Origin: Methanolinea sp. SDB
GTDB taxonomy: Archaea; Halobacteriota; Methanomicrobia; Methanomicrobiales; Methanospirillaceae
DNA: 33,849 nucleotides
Direction: 5' to 3'
Assembly: GCA_001412335.1 (NCBI GenBank)
Contig: LKUF01000414.1
Location: 1 to 33,849, forward strand
How positions within the stretch are numbered: position 1 is the stretch's first letter; every line of letters begins with the position of its first letter. A program made the translations under genes and the position numbers. Positions 17,561 through 26,574 of this stretch are shown piece by piece. Under the pieces are notes generated by a model that saw only the letters and a list, made by a program, of their open reading frames with translations, was not told the DNA's origin and made no database searches.

Positions 17561-18031
17561 AGTCTCGGAAATCCCGTTCCCTGCGCTCCAGGGGAGATAA
17601 TCGATAAGGCCATCACCGCCAAGCAGGCCTCCGACCTCCATACCAACATCTTCGCCCAGCATGTACTGGCCCGGTACCTCGAAAGGATCGATATGGACTC
17701 CAGGATCTCTTCCATCAACAGGGCCTATGCTGAAAAATGCTCGCTGATGCTCGAATGCATGGACAGGCTCTTATCGGACGGAGTCGGGTATACCCGCCCG
17801 GACGGGGGGATGTTCATCTGGCTCACACTCCCTGAAGGGTTCTTTACCATGGAACTCTGGAGGCGTGCATTGGAGAAGAATGTGGCCATCCTTCCCGGAA
17901 CTCCCTTTTACACGGACGGTGGAGGGGACAGCGGGGTCAGGCTGAATTTCTCAAACGCGGACGCAGAAGATATATGCATCGGAATTTCAAGGCTGGCCGG
18001 GGTTATGCAGGGTTACATGGATACTGCATGA
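17561..18031 (+). pseudogene. 5'-truncated class I/II PLP aminotransferase remnant (C-terminal ~155 codons only)
   Basis: The frame opens immediately after the TAA of the preceding gene. It encodes AKQASDLHTNIFAQHVLARYL...RPDGGMFIWLTLPEG...AILPGTPFY...VRLNFSN. This is the C-terminal small domain only; the PLP-lysine and N-terminal ~250 aa are absent. Confidence 0.7.
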
Positions 18032-18036
18032 AACAA

Positions 18037-18261
18037 TCATTCCTCCAGTACGAGGTATTCGCACGGATTGTCATCAAAGATGAATAGTTCGTCAATCGAG
18101 GTTGAGAGTGCCTTCGAAATGTCATGGGCAAGTTTCAGGGACGGGTTATACCTCCCCTTCTCGAGAAAGACGATCGTCTCTCTTCGTACCCCCGCGGCAG
18201 CGGCGAGGTCTGCCTGTGTCAATCCCTCCCTCTCACGAAACTCTTTGATTCGGTTCTTCAT
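18037..18261 (-). CDS. XRE-family helix-turn-helix transcriptional regulator
   Basis: 74 aa. [48 protein letters not shown] is a canonical HTH_3 domain. Confidence 0.85.
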   Translation of the reverse strand: MKNRIKEFREREGLTQADLAAAAGVRRETIVFLEKGRYNPSLKLAHDISKALSTSIDELFIFDDNPCEYLVLEE

Positions 18262-18317
18262 ACCCGGTCTACTCTCACAAGTATATGATAAATTTCTAAC
18301 ATTCCGTTATTAAAATG

Positions 18318-19142
18318 TTATATATATTTAACTTCTTCTCTGAATTCGGCGATGCGGTCCCGCCCCATCATCTTCCATATCCAGAGCATGACCAGGAGAG
18401 CCAGGAGGGCATTCAAGGCTAAAATTCCCTCTGTTGGCCAGATGCCGTGTAACCTGGAGATGTAGACTGCAATGAAATCCACGAAGCAATGCCACGCGAT
18501 GGCTGCCAGGAGAAATCTCCACTCCAGGCGGACGACGGAATACAGTACCAGGAGCGTAAAGGCGATGTGCAGGGTGATTGTCATGATTCTCTCGAAGAGT
18601 CCGGGGATTATGTCAAGGGGCGTGAGGGACGAAAGTGTTCCAACCGCTGCAAGCTGTTGGGGATCGGTGAGCATGGCAGAAAGAAATCCGGAATTTCCCG
18701 ACACGAACACGATATAGAGGATCATCGACTGGAGGACGAGGAGTGCCACGATGATCGATTCGATTCCACCCCACCCGACGCCGAAGAGCAGGCCACATTC
18801 CCTTGAGAGGAGCAGCCTTCTTGCCGGGAAGAAGAGGGAGAATACCAGGTACCTGATGCCCTCCTCCACGATCCCTGCACAGAGACCAAGGAATAGTGCG
18901 AGGGCTGCAAGCATCATCGTCGGATCGGGGAGTACACTCCTAATCCATTCGGAATATGGCGGCTCAAGCAGTATGAGAAGCGGTACGTGAATTACCTGCG
19001 ACACGATAAAAAACAGGGCCCCATAGAGGAAAATACTCCATCCAAGGTTGAATTTTTTGATGATGCAATATCCAAGTATGAGAGGGATGGCAATCTCGGC
19101 GAGAACCACGAGTGCAAATGTCAGGACGACCATGATGTCCAT
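18318..19142 (-). CDS. YhfC/CPBP-like intramembrane protease family membrane protein
   Basis: About 8 TM segments. It has the EExxxR motif (VEEGIRY) and later His-containing TM motifs (TLHIAF, WHCFVDF), as in CPBP/YhfC glutamic-type intramembrane proteases. Confidence 0.55.
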   Translation of the reverse strand: MDIMVVLTFALVVLAEIAIPLILGYCIIKKFNLGWSIFLYGALFFIVSQVIHVPLLILLEPPYSEWIRSVLPDPTMMLAALALFLGLCAGIVEEGIRYLVFSLFFPARRLLLSRECGLLFGVGWGGIESIIVALLVLQSMILYIVFVSGNSGFLSAMLTDPQQLAAVGTLSSLTPLDIIPGLFERIMTITLHIAFTLLVLYSVVRLEWRFLLAAIAWHCFVDFIAVYISRLHGIWPTEGILALNALLALLVMLWIWKMMGRDRIAEFREEVKYI

Positions 19143-19263
19143 GAGAAGACGGTTATGGCTCCCTGGTTAATAAAGCCTGGTTGAACCGGTCCTGTTGATT
19201 GCCCTTCCAGGAACCCGGGTAAACGAAATCAATCCGGAACTTGTGCAATCATCGAACTGACAG

Positions 19264-19785
19264 TCAGGGGAGATAGTCAAGAATGATCCGCCATTCCCTG
19301 ATCTTATCTTCCAGGGAATACCTGGCATTCGCGGGACTCGTTGATGGCAGTCTCTGGAAAACAAGACTTTCCGGGAGGCTCTCTCCTCTGACGCTCCGGA
19401 GAAAAAATGACCATGCCCTGCCGCCGTTCAGCCCGACAAACCGTATCCCCTGATTTGTATCCAGAAATCCTAAAATATCGTTCATCCTTGCCTCCCTGAT
19501 ATCATGGTCCATGCTTCCCTGCTGGAACCTTCGGGACTCGACCATGTCCCAGACTGCGATGCGGCGCTGCTTCAGGCGGGAGTACATCAGGGATATCTCC
19601 TCCTCGTCGGGCAGATCAAGGATAGCCCTCATCACCTTCCAGAACTGGTTTTTGGGATTGGCATAATACAGTCCTTTCTCAAGCGACATTCTGCTCGGGA
19701 AACTCCCTAAAACAAGAACCACGGGATCTTCACAGAGGATCGGGGCCAGTCCGGATTCTCGTCCGCGAGGGGCGGCGTCCACCAT
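19264..19785 (-). CDS. DNA-deoxyinosine (hypoxanthine) glycosylase, UDG family 6
   Basis: VLVLGSFPSRMSLEKGLYYANPKNQFW is the family-6 signature, with LPSTSPAN near the C-terminus. The start overlaps the upstream stop by 1 nt. Confidence 0.75.
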   Translation of the reverse strand: MVDAAPRGRESGLAPILCEDPVVLVLGSFPSRMSLEKGLYYANPKNQFWKVMRAILDLPDEEEISLMYSRLKQRRIAVWDMVESRRFQQGSMDHDIREARMNDILGFLDTNQGIRFVGLNGGRAWSFFLRSVRGESLPESLVFQRLPSTSPANARYSLEDKIREWRIILDYLP

Positions 19786-20573
19786 TACAACTCGTTTCCT
19801 GCACCTGTACGGACGTTTCCGGACCGGTAATCCCAGTCACACGCATCCAGGTGCGAAAACACCTTCACCAACGCCCCGACCAGCACCTCCCTCATCTGCA
19901 GTCCCTTCTCCCGGGTTGCACGGGTGGGATCACCGCTGGCTCCGCTGTCGGTCAATTCTTTAAAGAGCCACTTGACCTCTGCATAGGGGGGCAGGCGGTC
20001 GGGCACCGTCCCTCGTGCAAGTTCGGGCCGGCAGAGTTCCGGGAACAGGGCAAGCCCCATCGAGAGCTCTCCTTCACCTCCATGTCCAAGGCCCCCCCAT
20101 ACCTCGAAGAAGTCGGCTGGAAGGAGATCGGACAGCGTCTCCCACCATGCACCAAGCGAGACGATACGCATCTCCGGGTGCTCAACCTTGATCGTCCGTG
20201 CCGCAACCTCAATCGGTGCAATATTACCGTCGTGACCATTCAGGATGAAGACCTTGTATACCCTCTCCCTCCATAACGATTCAAGGATATCCCTGATAAT
20301 GGCGGTCTCGGTCTCGAACCTGAGGGATACGGTAAAGGGAAAGTCCCTGTAATGCTCGCTCATTCCGTATGGAACAGCCGGGAGCACTGCAGTCCGCTCC
20401 ACTCGTGCCGCAAGATCCCTGGCAAGCAGCCAGGCGGTCAGCGCATCGGTGGCAAACGGCATGTGGGGCCCATGGCTCTCAAGGGACCCAAGGGGGAGTA
20501 TGACCTTTTCGAAGGACGTCTCGCGGTAATCGGCAGCGGTAAGGTGTTGTATCTCCAGTGTATCTTTCTCCAA
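19785..20573 (-). CDS. creatininase-family amidohydrolase (possibly ArfB-type formamide hydrolase)
   Basis: Motifs LPLGSLESHGPHMPFATD, ILNGHDGN and GGLGHGGEGE. The specific ArfB assignment is an inference from archaeal context only. Confidence 0.8.
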   Translation of the reverse strand: MEKDTLEIQHLTAADYRETSFEKVILPLGSLESHGPHMPFATDALTAWLLARDLAARVERTAVLPAVPYGMSEHYRDFPFTVSLRFETETAIIRDILESLWRERVYKVFILNGHDGNIAPIEVAARTIKVEHPEMRIVSLGAWWETLSDLLPADFFEVWGGLGHGGEGELSMGLALFPELCRPELARGTVPDRLPPYAEVKWLFKELTDSGASGDPTRATREKGLQMREVLVGALVKVFSHLDACDWDYRSGNVRTGAGNEL

Positions 20574-20606
20574 GGGATCACCTGTTCAACGAGATCTGTG
20601 CTATCC

Positions 20607-20622
20607 CCGGTATTAATACCGG
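20607..20622. promoter_or_regulatory. perfect 16-bp palindrome containing a TATA-like core, upstream of the creatininase gene
   Basis: CCGGTATTAATACCGG equals its own reverse complement. Its centre is ~41 bp upstream of the start at 20573, and it lies just downstream of the TMEM175-like gene. Confidence 0.35.
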
Positions 20623-20654
20623 AGTATTTGTGCAGTTTTTGCCGGTCAAAAATT

Positions 20655-21302
20655 TTAGTGAATGATGCCGCCCTTTTTTCGCGGAAGGTGATTTCCGATG
20701 GTCAGGACAACAGGCATCAGGAGATAACACATCATGCTGGCGTGGGTATCGAAGAATGAGACTGCAATGGCGAGCAGGATTATGGCAGGGATGATAAATA
20801 CTCTCAAAGGGACCTTCTGCACTGCAGCGTGTCCGATGGGCTCTTTTCCCCGTTCCTGTAAATAATGCCTGCTATAGAACCAGATAGACGATATCAAAAT
20901 GCTGGCGACAAGAAGGTTGACATGAAAAAGAAGGACCGCCTCAAAGACATTATCATAATCGCCTGACAGGCTGGTAAAGAAGGGTATGAGCACTACGAAG
21001 AAGAGTAGAAACATGTTGAGCCAGATCAACCGAATATCCACGAATCTTATGGAATGAAGAATGCGATGATGAGCCACCCAGTACCCGCCAAGGATAAAAA
21101 AAGCGATGGTGAAGAAGAGGAACTCCGGATACATATCAGCAATCGCTCCCGGGAGCAGTGCCGGCGCCTTTTCCACAGGGATCATCGGAACTGTCAGGGA
21201 GAGGACGAGGAGGGTCATGGAGATTGCGAATATCCCGTCGCTTAAGGCCTCTATACGGGACTTGGCAAGCCCCTCCATGTTATGATTACTATCCCCGGTC
21301 AT
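20655..21302 (-). CDS. TMEM175/DUF1211-family potassium channel
   Basis: RIEALSDGIFAISMTLLVL matches the RxxxFSD(G)xxAIxxTLLV signature helix. It has 6 predicted TM segments. Confidence 0.8.
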   Translation of the reverse strand: MTGDSNHNMEGLAKSRIEALSDGIFAISMTLLVLSLTVPMIPVEKAPALLPGAIADMYPEFLFFTIAFFILGGYWVAHHRILHSIRFVDIRLIWLNMFLLFFVVLIPFFTSLSGDYDNVFEAVLLFHVNLLVASILISSIWFYSRHYLQERGKEPIGHAAVQKVPLRVFIIPAIILLAIAVSFFDTHASMMCYLLMPVVLTIGNHLPRKKGGIIH

Positions 21303-21379
21303 GGTTGATCAGGTGTTTGGTTCGTATTACTATTATTATTAAACGACCAGAAAGGAGATCCGATCTGATTGCAGACATC

Positions 21380-21386
21380 AAAAAAA
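21380..21386 (-). terminator. T7 tract downstream of the MFS gene
   Basis: AAAAAAA on the + strand is T7 on the - strand, ~25 nt after the stop at 21411. Confidence 0.3.
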
Positions 21387-21410
21387 GATTGTACAGATCC
21401 CTGGAAAAGT

Positions 21411-22676
21411 TCATGCAGGATAATTTTTCGGCGTCCTCATCAACAGGAACGCTACCACCAGTCCGACAACTGCCAGTCCCAGGATCCATGGAAAGACCCC
21501 GAGATAGTTACCCGTCGTGGTCTTGATAAATCCTGCCAGCTGGGGACCGGCTATCGCTCCCGCCCCATAGGCCAGGAACACCACGCCGTAGCAGCGCGGG
21601 TAGTCGCAGGTCCCGAAATACGAGCCGGTGGCGGTTGGTGCGATGGCAAGCCACCCCCCGAGGCAGCCCCACAGGATCGCGAACGCGACTATGTAGACGA
21701 CAGTGTGGGCTGCCTGCCACATCAGGAACGATGAGAGAGCGATCAGGACAAATGAGAGCATCGCCGTATTCCGTGGGTTCAGCCTGTCGGTGAGTGCACC
21801 GAATACCGGCCGCCCTCCGCCGTTGAAGATGGCGAAGAATCCCACGAGGAGGGTTGCCAGGCCTGCCTCGATCCCGATCTCGGTTCCCACCGGTTTCGAG
21901 ATGGAGATGGCCATAAGTCCCGCAAGGCAGCCGATGAAGTAGCATATCCATAACCCGTAGAAGGTGCTTGTACGCAACATCGCCGATCGATCACACTCAC
22001 AATACAGCTCTCCAGGTTTTGGGGCAGGCATCTCCCATCCCGCAGGGTTCCACCCTTCATCAGGGAAACGCAGGGGCAGGGCAAGCAGCGCGATAAGCAC
22101 GATGAATACCAGTCCGAATATCCGGAATGTGTTCATCACGCCAAAGGCGGATATCAGGTACCCGGCAATGTTGGCCGTGATAAACGCGGAGAACCCAAAC
22201 CCGAGGAGCGTCAGGCCAACCGCCACCCCCCTCCTGTCAGGGAACCAGCGTGCGGCAACCGCCACCGGGACTCCATACGCAATGCCGACTCCGATGCCCC
22301 CTATCACCCCGTATACAACATAGAGCATCTGAACAGAGGTTACCGTGGATGCAAGGATCCATCCAATCCCGGTCAGGATGCCACCTATCATGGTTGTCTT
22401 TCTCGGCCCCAGTGTCTCGATATACTTTCCCGTAAGCGGCATGGCAATCGCAAAGAATGCAAGGAAGACGGAAAACGGCATCAGGACCTCGTTTGCAGTA
22501 ACTGACTGGCCAAGCACACCGGTAAAGTAGTCGGTGAGGGGTGCTACAAAAACACTCCACGAGTAGATGGTGCCAAGACAGAGATTTATCACGAGGCCAA
22601 GCGCAATAAGCACCCATCGCCCACGTTCTGCGGGAAGTCCGAACAGGTATGTCCCGGAAATTGCCCCGGTCGTCAC
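21411..22676 (-). CDS. MFS transporter, oxalate/formate antiporter (OFA)-like
   Basis: 421 aa, 12 TM layout. It has an N-terminal RWVLIALGLVINLCLGTIYSWSVF typical of the OFA subfamily. It lies 32 bp downstream of acs. Confidence 0.75.
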   Translation of the reverse strand: MTTGAISGTYLFGLPAERGRWVLIALGLVINLCLGTIYSWSVFVAPLTDYFTGVLGQSVTANEVLMPFSVFLAFFAIAMPLTGKYIETLGPRKTTMIGGILTGIGWILASTVTSVQMLYVVYGVIGGIGVGIAYGVPVAVAARWFPDRRGVAVGLTLLGFGFSAFITANIAGYLISAFGVMNTFRIFGLVFIVLIALLALPLRFPDEGWNPAGWEMPAPKPGELYCECDRSAMLRTSTFYGLWICYFIGCLAGLMAISISKPVGTEIGIEAGLATLLVGFFAIFNGGGRPVFGALTDRLNPRNTAMLSFVLIALSSFLMWQAAHTVVYIVAFAILWGCLGGWLAIAPTATGSYFGTCDYPRCYGVVFLAYGAGAIAGPQLAGFIKTTTGNYLGVFPWILGLAVVGLVVAFLLMRTPKNYPA

Positions 22677-22708
22677 GAAGAATTCACTCCAAAAGAAAAA
22701 ATGGGGGA

Positions 22709-24595
22709 TTACTCCTCCATGGTCGAGATGTCCCCGGGATCCATGCCAAGTTCCTGTGCCTTGAGCACACGCCGCATGATCTTGCCGCTCCTGGTCTTTG
22801 GGAGCTTGTCGACGAACTCGATCTCAGACGGCATGGCGATTGGTCCGAGCGTCATGCGGACATGATACACCAGGTCTGTCCTGAGCTTGTCACTCGGGGA
22901 AAACCCGACCCGCAATATCACAAAAGCCTTGATGACGTTGCCTTTCAACGGGTCTGGCTTTCCAATGACCGCCGCCTCTGCCACGGACTGGTGCGAGACA
23001 AGCGCGCTCTCAACCTCTGCGGTGCCGATGTTGTGCCCGGAGACGATGATGAGGTCGTCGGCCCTCCCGATAACCATGATATAGCCGTGGTCGCCCTTTA
23101 CAGCCAGGTCCCCGGCCTTGTAACAGTTGGGAATGCTGTTCCAGTACTGCTGATACCGCTCGTCGTTTTTGTATACCGTTCGAAGCATTGCAGGCCAGGG
23201 CTCCTTTATGACAAGGAATCCGCCGGTTCCCGGCTCGACCGGTATTCCATCCTTGTTCACGACATCAACGACAACACCCGGGACCGCTTTTCCGGCAAAG
23301 CCCGGGCGCATGGGTTCACCCGGCATGGTGGTGATCATGTGCATGCCGGTCTCTGTCTGCCACCATGTATCGACAAGAGGGCATCTCCCTTTGCCGATGG
23401 TGTGGTAGAACCATTCGAACGCTTCAGGGTTGAGTGGTTCCCCGACCGATCCGAGTATCCTGAGCGAGGAGAGATCATACGCGTCCGGCCATTTGTCGCC
23501 GACCTTCATGAACATCCTGATCGCAGTCGGTGCGGTATAGAAGATGGTGACCCCGAGATCCTGGATGATCTTCCAGAATGCCCCGGGGTCAGGGTAATCG
23601 GGGACAGCTTCTGCAAGGACAATCGTGGCACCCACGGCGAGCGGGCCGTAGACCACGTAACTGTGGCCCGTAATCCAGCCCGTATCCGCCGTGCACCAGA
23701 AGACGTCGTTATCCTTGATATCGAATACGTGACGCGTCGTGTAGTATGTCCCGACCATGTACCCTGCGGTGGTATGGACGATCCCCTTCGGTGTCCCCGT
23801 TGATCCGCTCGTATACAGGATAAATAGGGGGTCCTCGGCGTCCGTAACCTCGGGCTCGCAGACCGACGGGACATCTTCTATGAGCTCGTGATAGTCGATA
23901 TCCATCTCCTGGTGGAGTTCACAGTGTTCACGTGAGAGAACGATAACTTTCTCCACGCTCGGTGCATTGATGATGGCTTCGTCCACGATGGACTTCAGGG
24001 GAATCGTCTTTCCCCTTCTCATTGATACGTCCGCAGTGATGACCAGCTTCGCCTCGGCATCCTTGATCCGCATGTTCAGGGCGTTGACCCCGAATCCGCC
24101 GAATACCACGGAGTGGACCGCCCCGATCCGTGCGCAGGCAAGCATCGCAATGATCTGCTCCGGAACGAGCGGCATGTAGATGCATACCCGGTCACCCTTC
24201 TCTATTCCGAGCTTTTTGAGGCCGTTTGCAAGCCGGTTCACTTCGTTGAGGAGTTTCTTGTAGGTGAATATCCGCTCTTCGCCCTCTTCGCCCCTCCAGA
24301 TAAGGGCAACCTTGTTTCTCCTGTGGTTGTTGACATGCCTGTCCAGGCAGTTATACGTGATGTTGAGCCTGGCGTTGACAAACCACTTGGCATATGGGTA
24401 ATCCCATTCTCTTACCCTGTCCCATTTCCTGAACCAATCAAGCTCGTTTGCGTACTTCTCCCAGAATCCGTCTTTGTCAGCCAGGAATTCATTATACGCG
24501 CTCTCATAGTCTTTCGTCCATGCGTTCTTCTTGATCGAAGGGTCAGGGACATAGAATTTCTCTTCCTCGAGTGGCACATCAAATGATTCTGCCAT
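22709..24595 (-). CDS. acs: acetyl-CoA synthetase (AMP-forming)
   Basis: 628 aa. Motifs [36 protein letters not shown] and [15 protein letters not shown] Shine-Dalgarno-like element precedes the ATG. Confidence 0.92.
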   Translation of the reverse strand: MAESFDVPLEEEKFYVPDPSIKKNAWTKDYESAYNEFLADKDGFWEKYANELDWFRKWDRVREWDYPYAKWFVNARLNITYNCLDRHVNNHRRNKVALIWRGEEGEERIFTYKKLLNEVNRLANGLKKLGIEKGDRVCIYMPLVPEQIIAMLACARIGAVHSVVFGGFGVNALNMRIKDAEAKLVITADVSMRRGKTIPLKSIVDEAIINAPSVEKVIVLSREHCELHQEMDIDYHELIEDVPSVCEPEVTDAEDPLFILYTSGSTGTPKGIVHTTAGYMVGTYYTTRHVFDIKDNDVFWCTADTGWITGHSYVVYGPLAVGATIVLAEAVPDYPDPGAFWKIIQDLGVTIFYTAPTAIRMFMKVGDKWPDAYDLSSLRILGSVGEPLNPEAFEWFYHTIGKGRCPLVDTWWQTETGMHMITTMPGEPMRPGFAGKAVPGVVVDVVNKDGIPVEPGTGGFLVIKEPWPAMLRTVYKNDERYQQYWNSIPNCYKAGDLAVKGDHGYIMVIGRADDLIIVSGHNIGTAEVESALVSHQSVAEAAVIGKPDPLKGNVIKAFVILRVGFSPSDKLRTDLVYHVRMTLGPIAMPSEIEFVDKLPKTRSGKIMRRVLKAQELGMDPGDISTMEE

Positions 24596-24890
24596 ATTAG
24601 TGCACCTTTCTGTTCTCTCTCATTCAATCAGCCTGTGTGTCTTGTTTTTGACCGGTAACGGATGGATCAATGCATAATCCTGCGCATTTATCCATGAAAA
24701 GCACAAAGGACCACAAGATTTTTCGGTCCGGTGCCTCCAGTCACATCTGTCTTTTTGGTATTCTCCCTACCAGTTCAGTTCTCTTCTCTTATGTTCTTAT
24801 TGCGACACATCGTGTTGCCAGTAGGGGAATGACAAAAACTTTCTGGAAGACATCTTCTTCCTTTCGCATTCACCGCACATGTGGCGATTT

Positions 24891-24906
24891 TAATGATTAA
24901 TCATTA
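24891..24906. promoter_or_regulatory. perfect 16-bp AT-rich palindrome in the acs/argC divergent intergenic region
   Basis: TAATGATTAATCATTA equals its own reverse complement. It is followed by TATAAATATTAAAGG, then the inverted repeat GTGATTT (24923-24929) / AAATCAC (24937-24943). Confidence 0.3.
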
Positions 24907-25081
24907 TAAATATTAAAGGTTAGTGATTTGAAGACAAAATCACCCGTCATTCTCTTCATCCCTGATCTCTCGCGCTCACGCCAAATCCATGCAACCATTC
25001 CCCCGCTCAAGGCATCCCGGTAAGAATCCCCGGCAATTTCTCATAAAAAGCATTAAATTTGTAAAATTGAATAAAAAACTT

Positions 25082-26068
25082 ATGAAAATTGCGATCATCG
25101 GGGCTTCCGGTTATACCGGTGGCGAACTCATCCGCCTTTTGCTTGGGCATTCAGACGCGGAAGTGGTCTGTGCCACATCCAGGAAGCTGGCGGGCATGCC
25201 CATCGAGTCCCACCATCCGCACCTGAAAGGATTCACAGATCTCGTCTTTGAGAACCCGGAAATTGATGCTATTGATGCTGATTTTGCATTTCTTGCCGTA
25301 CCTCATACTGCAGCAATGAAATATGTCCGCCCCCTGCTTGAAAAGGGGATCAGGGTGGTGGATCTATCCGCCGATTACCGGCTCCCACGGGACGTTTTTG
25401 AGAAAGTCTACGGAGTTGCCCATACAGATTATTTCGAAGCCCCATACGGCATCCCGGAGCTCCACCGGGATTCGTATGGAAAGGTGGACTTCATCTCGAA
25501 CCCTGGATGCTTCCCGACAGGGGCGACGCTTGCTGCTGCACCACTGGCGAAATTTGCCCACACAATAATATACGATTCGAAGACCGGAGTTTCGGGAGCC
25601 GGAGATAATCCGTCTGCCGTTACCCATTATCCAAACGTGGGCGATAACGTGAATGCCTACAAGTGGACATCCCACCGCCACCTGGAAGAGATGCGGATGG
25701 AGATGAAAAACCTTGGATCGAAGGCCCGTTGTTATTTCACGCCCCACCTGGTGCCGGTGAACCGCGGGATCCTGACCACAGCCCACATCCTCCTGGATGA
25801 ACCGATGGAGCAGGACGAGGTGGAGAGGCTGTACCGGGATTTCTACCGCGACGAGTTTTTTGTCAGGTACCAGGGCCCGACCCTTGCTGCTGTCAGGGGT
25901 ACGAACTTTTGTGATCTTCGCGCAGAGAGCGAAGGTGATCGCGTGGTAGCCGTTTCGGCCATTGACAACCTTGTCAAGGGAGCAAGCGGCCAGGCCATAC
26001 AGAACATGAACATTATATGTGGCTTTGACGAACGTGACGGGCTGAGAGGAGCGGGGCTCCTCCCCTAG
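25082..26068 (+). CDS. argC: N-acetyl-gamma-glutamyl-phosphate reductase
   Basis: [27 protein letters not shown] (catalytic Cys) and [17 protein letters not shown] chose ATG 25082 over the track start 24989. An AT-rich TATA-like CATTAAATTT lies ~26 bp upstream. Confidence 0.9.
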   Translation: MKIAIIGASGYTGGELIRLLLGHSDAEVVCATSRKLAGMPIESHHPHLKGFTDLVFENPEIDAIDADFAFLAVPHTAAMKYVRPLLEKGIRVVDLSADYRLPRDVFEKVYGVAHTDYFEAPYGIPELHRDSYGKVDFISNPGCFPTGATLAAAPLAKFAHTIIYDSKTGVSGAGDNPSAVTHYPNVGDNVNAYKWTSHRHLEEMRMEMKNLGSKARCYFTPHLVPVNRGILTTAHILLDEPMEQDEVERLYRDFYRDEFFVRYQGPTLAAVRGTNFCDLRAESEGDRVVAVSAIDNLVKGASGQAIQNMNIICGFDERDGLRGAGLLP

Positions 26069-26076
26069 AGGTGAAG

Positions 26077-26574
26077 ATGATGCGTGTAAAAGAGATAATG
26101 ACAAAAGATCCCATTACCATCGATATGCATGCTCCGGTACGGGATGCTGCAGGAGCGATGAAAAAAAATCATATCGGGGGACTTCCCGTAGTAGACGGCG
26201 AAAAGCTTGTTGGAATGGTCACAGATTCCGATATACTTGCTCTCCTCGAGACAGGCAGGATATCTGATGACCTCTGGCTCCCATCCCCCCTCGAGATCAT
26301 CGAGGTGCCGATCAGGGAATTCATCAACTGGGAGAAGACGAAAGCGGCGCTCTCCGACATCGGTGATACCCCTGTCTCGAAGGTGATGAGCCATCCTGTC
26401 GTGACAATCGGTGAGGATGCGGATATCGAGGAGGCTGCGTCACTGATGCTCCGGGAGGGAATAGCCAGGCTTCCCGTCATGAGGGGTTCTGCACTTGTTG
26501 GTATCGTGACAAGGGCCGATATCGTCCAGGGAGTCGGCGCCGGTTCCGAAGAGCCGGGGGAGAATGCCCGGTGA
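26077..26574 (+). CDS. CBS-domain pair protein
   Basis: It has two CBS repeats: IMTKDPITI...GGLPVVDGEKLVGMVTDSDIL and VMSHPVVTI...ARLPVMRGSALVGIVTRADIV. GAGGTGA precedes ATG 26077. Its stop overlaps the argJ start. Confidence 0.85.
   Translation: MMRVKEIMTKDPITIDMHAPVRDAAGAMKKNHIGGLPVVDGEKLVGMVTDSDILALLETGRISDDLWLPSPLEIIEVPIREFINWEKTKAALSDIGDTPVSKVMSHPVVTIGEDADIEEAASLMLREGIARLPVMRGSALVGIVTRADIVQGVGAGSEEPGENAR

Noticed and set aside
22649-23803. 384-aa ORF on the + strand
   Set aside because: It is entirely antisense to acs, whose motif content is unambiguous. The translated sequence is Arg/Pro/Asp-rich low-complexity, typical of shadow ORFs in GC-rich coding DNA.
24670-24900. 76-aa ORF inside the long acs/argC intergenic region
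   Set aside because: It has no RBS or promoter context. Its composition is atypical (His/Ser/Phe-rich, no recognisable domain), and it ends inside the AT-rich palindrome. The region is more likely non-coding regulatory sequence.
24989-25081. N-terminal extensions of track ORFs: argC from 24989, argB from 27665, kinase-like from 6760, MTase from 7961, VOC to 15756, chorismate mutase to 30296, DASS from 1499
   Set aside because: In each case the family-homologous sequence begins at an internal ATG. These ATGs are often preceded by an AT-rich promoter or overlap the upstream stop. The extensions run through promoter-like or upstream coding sequence.
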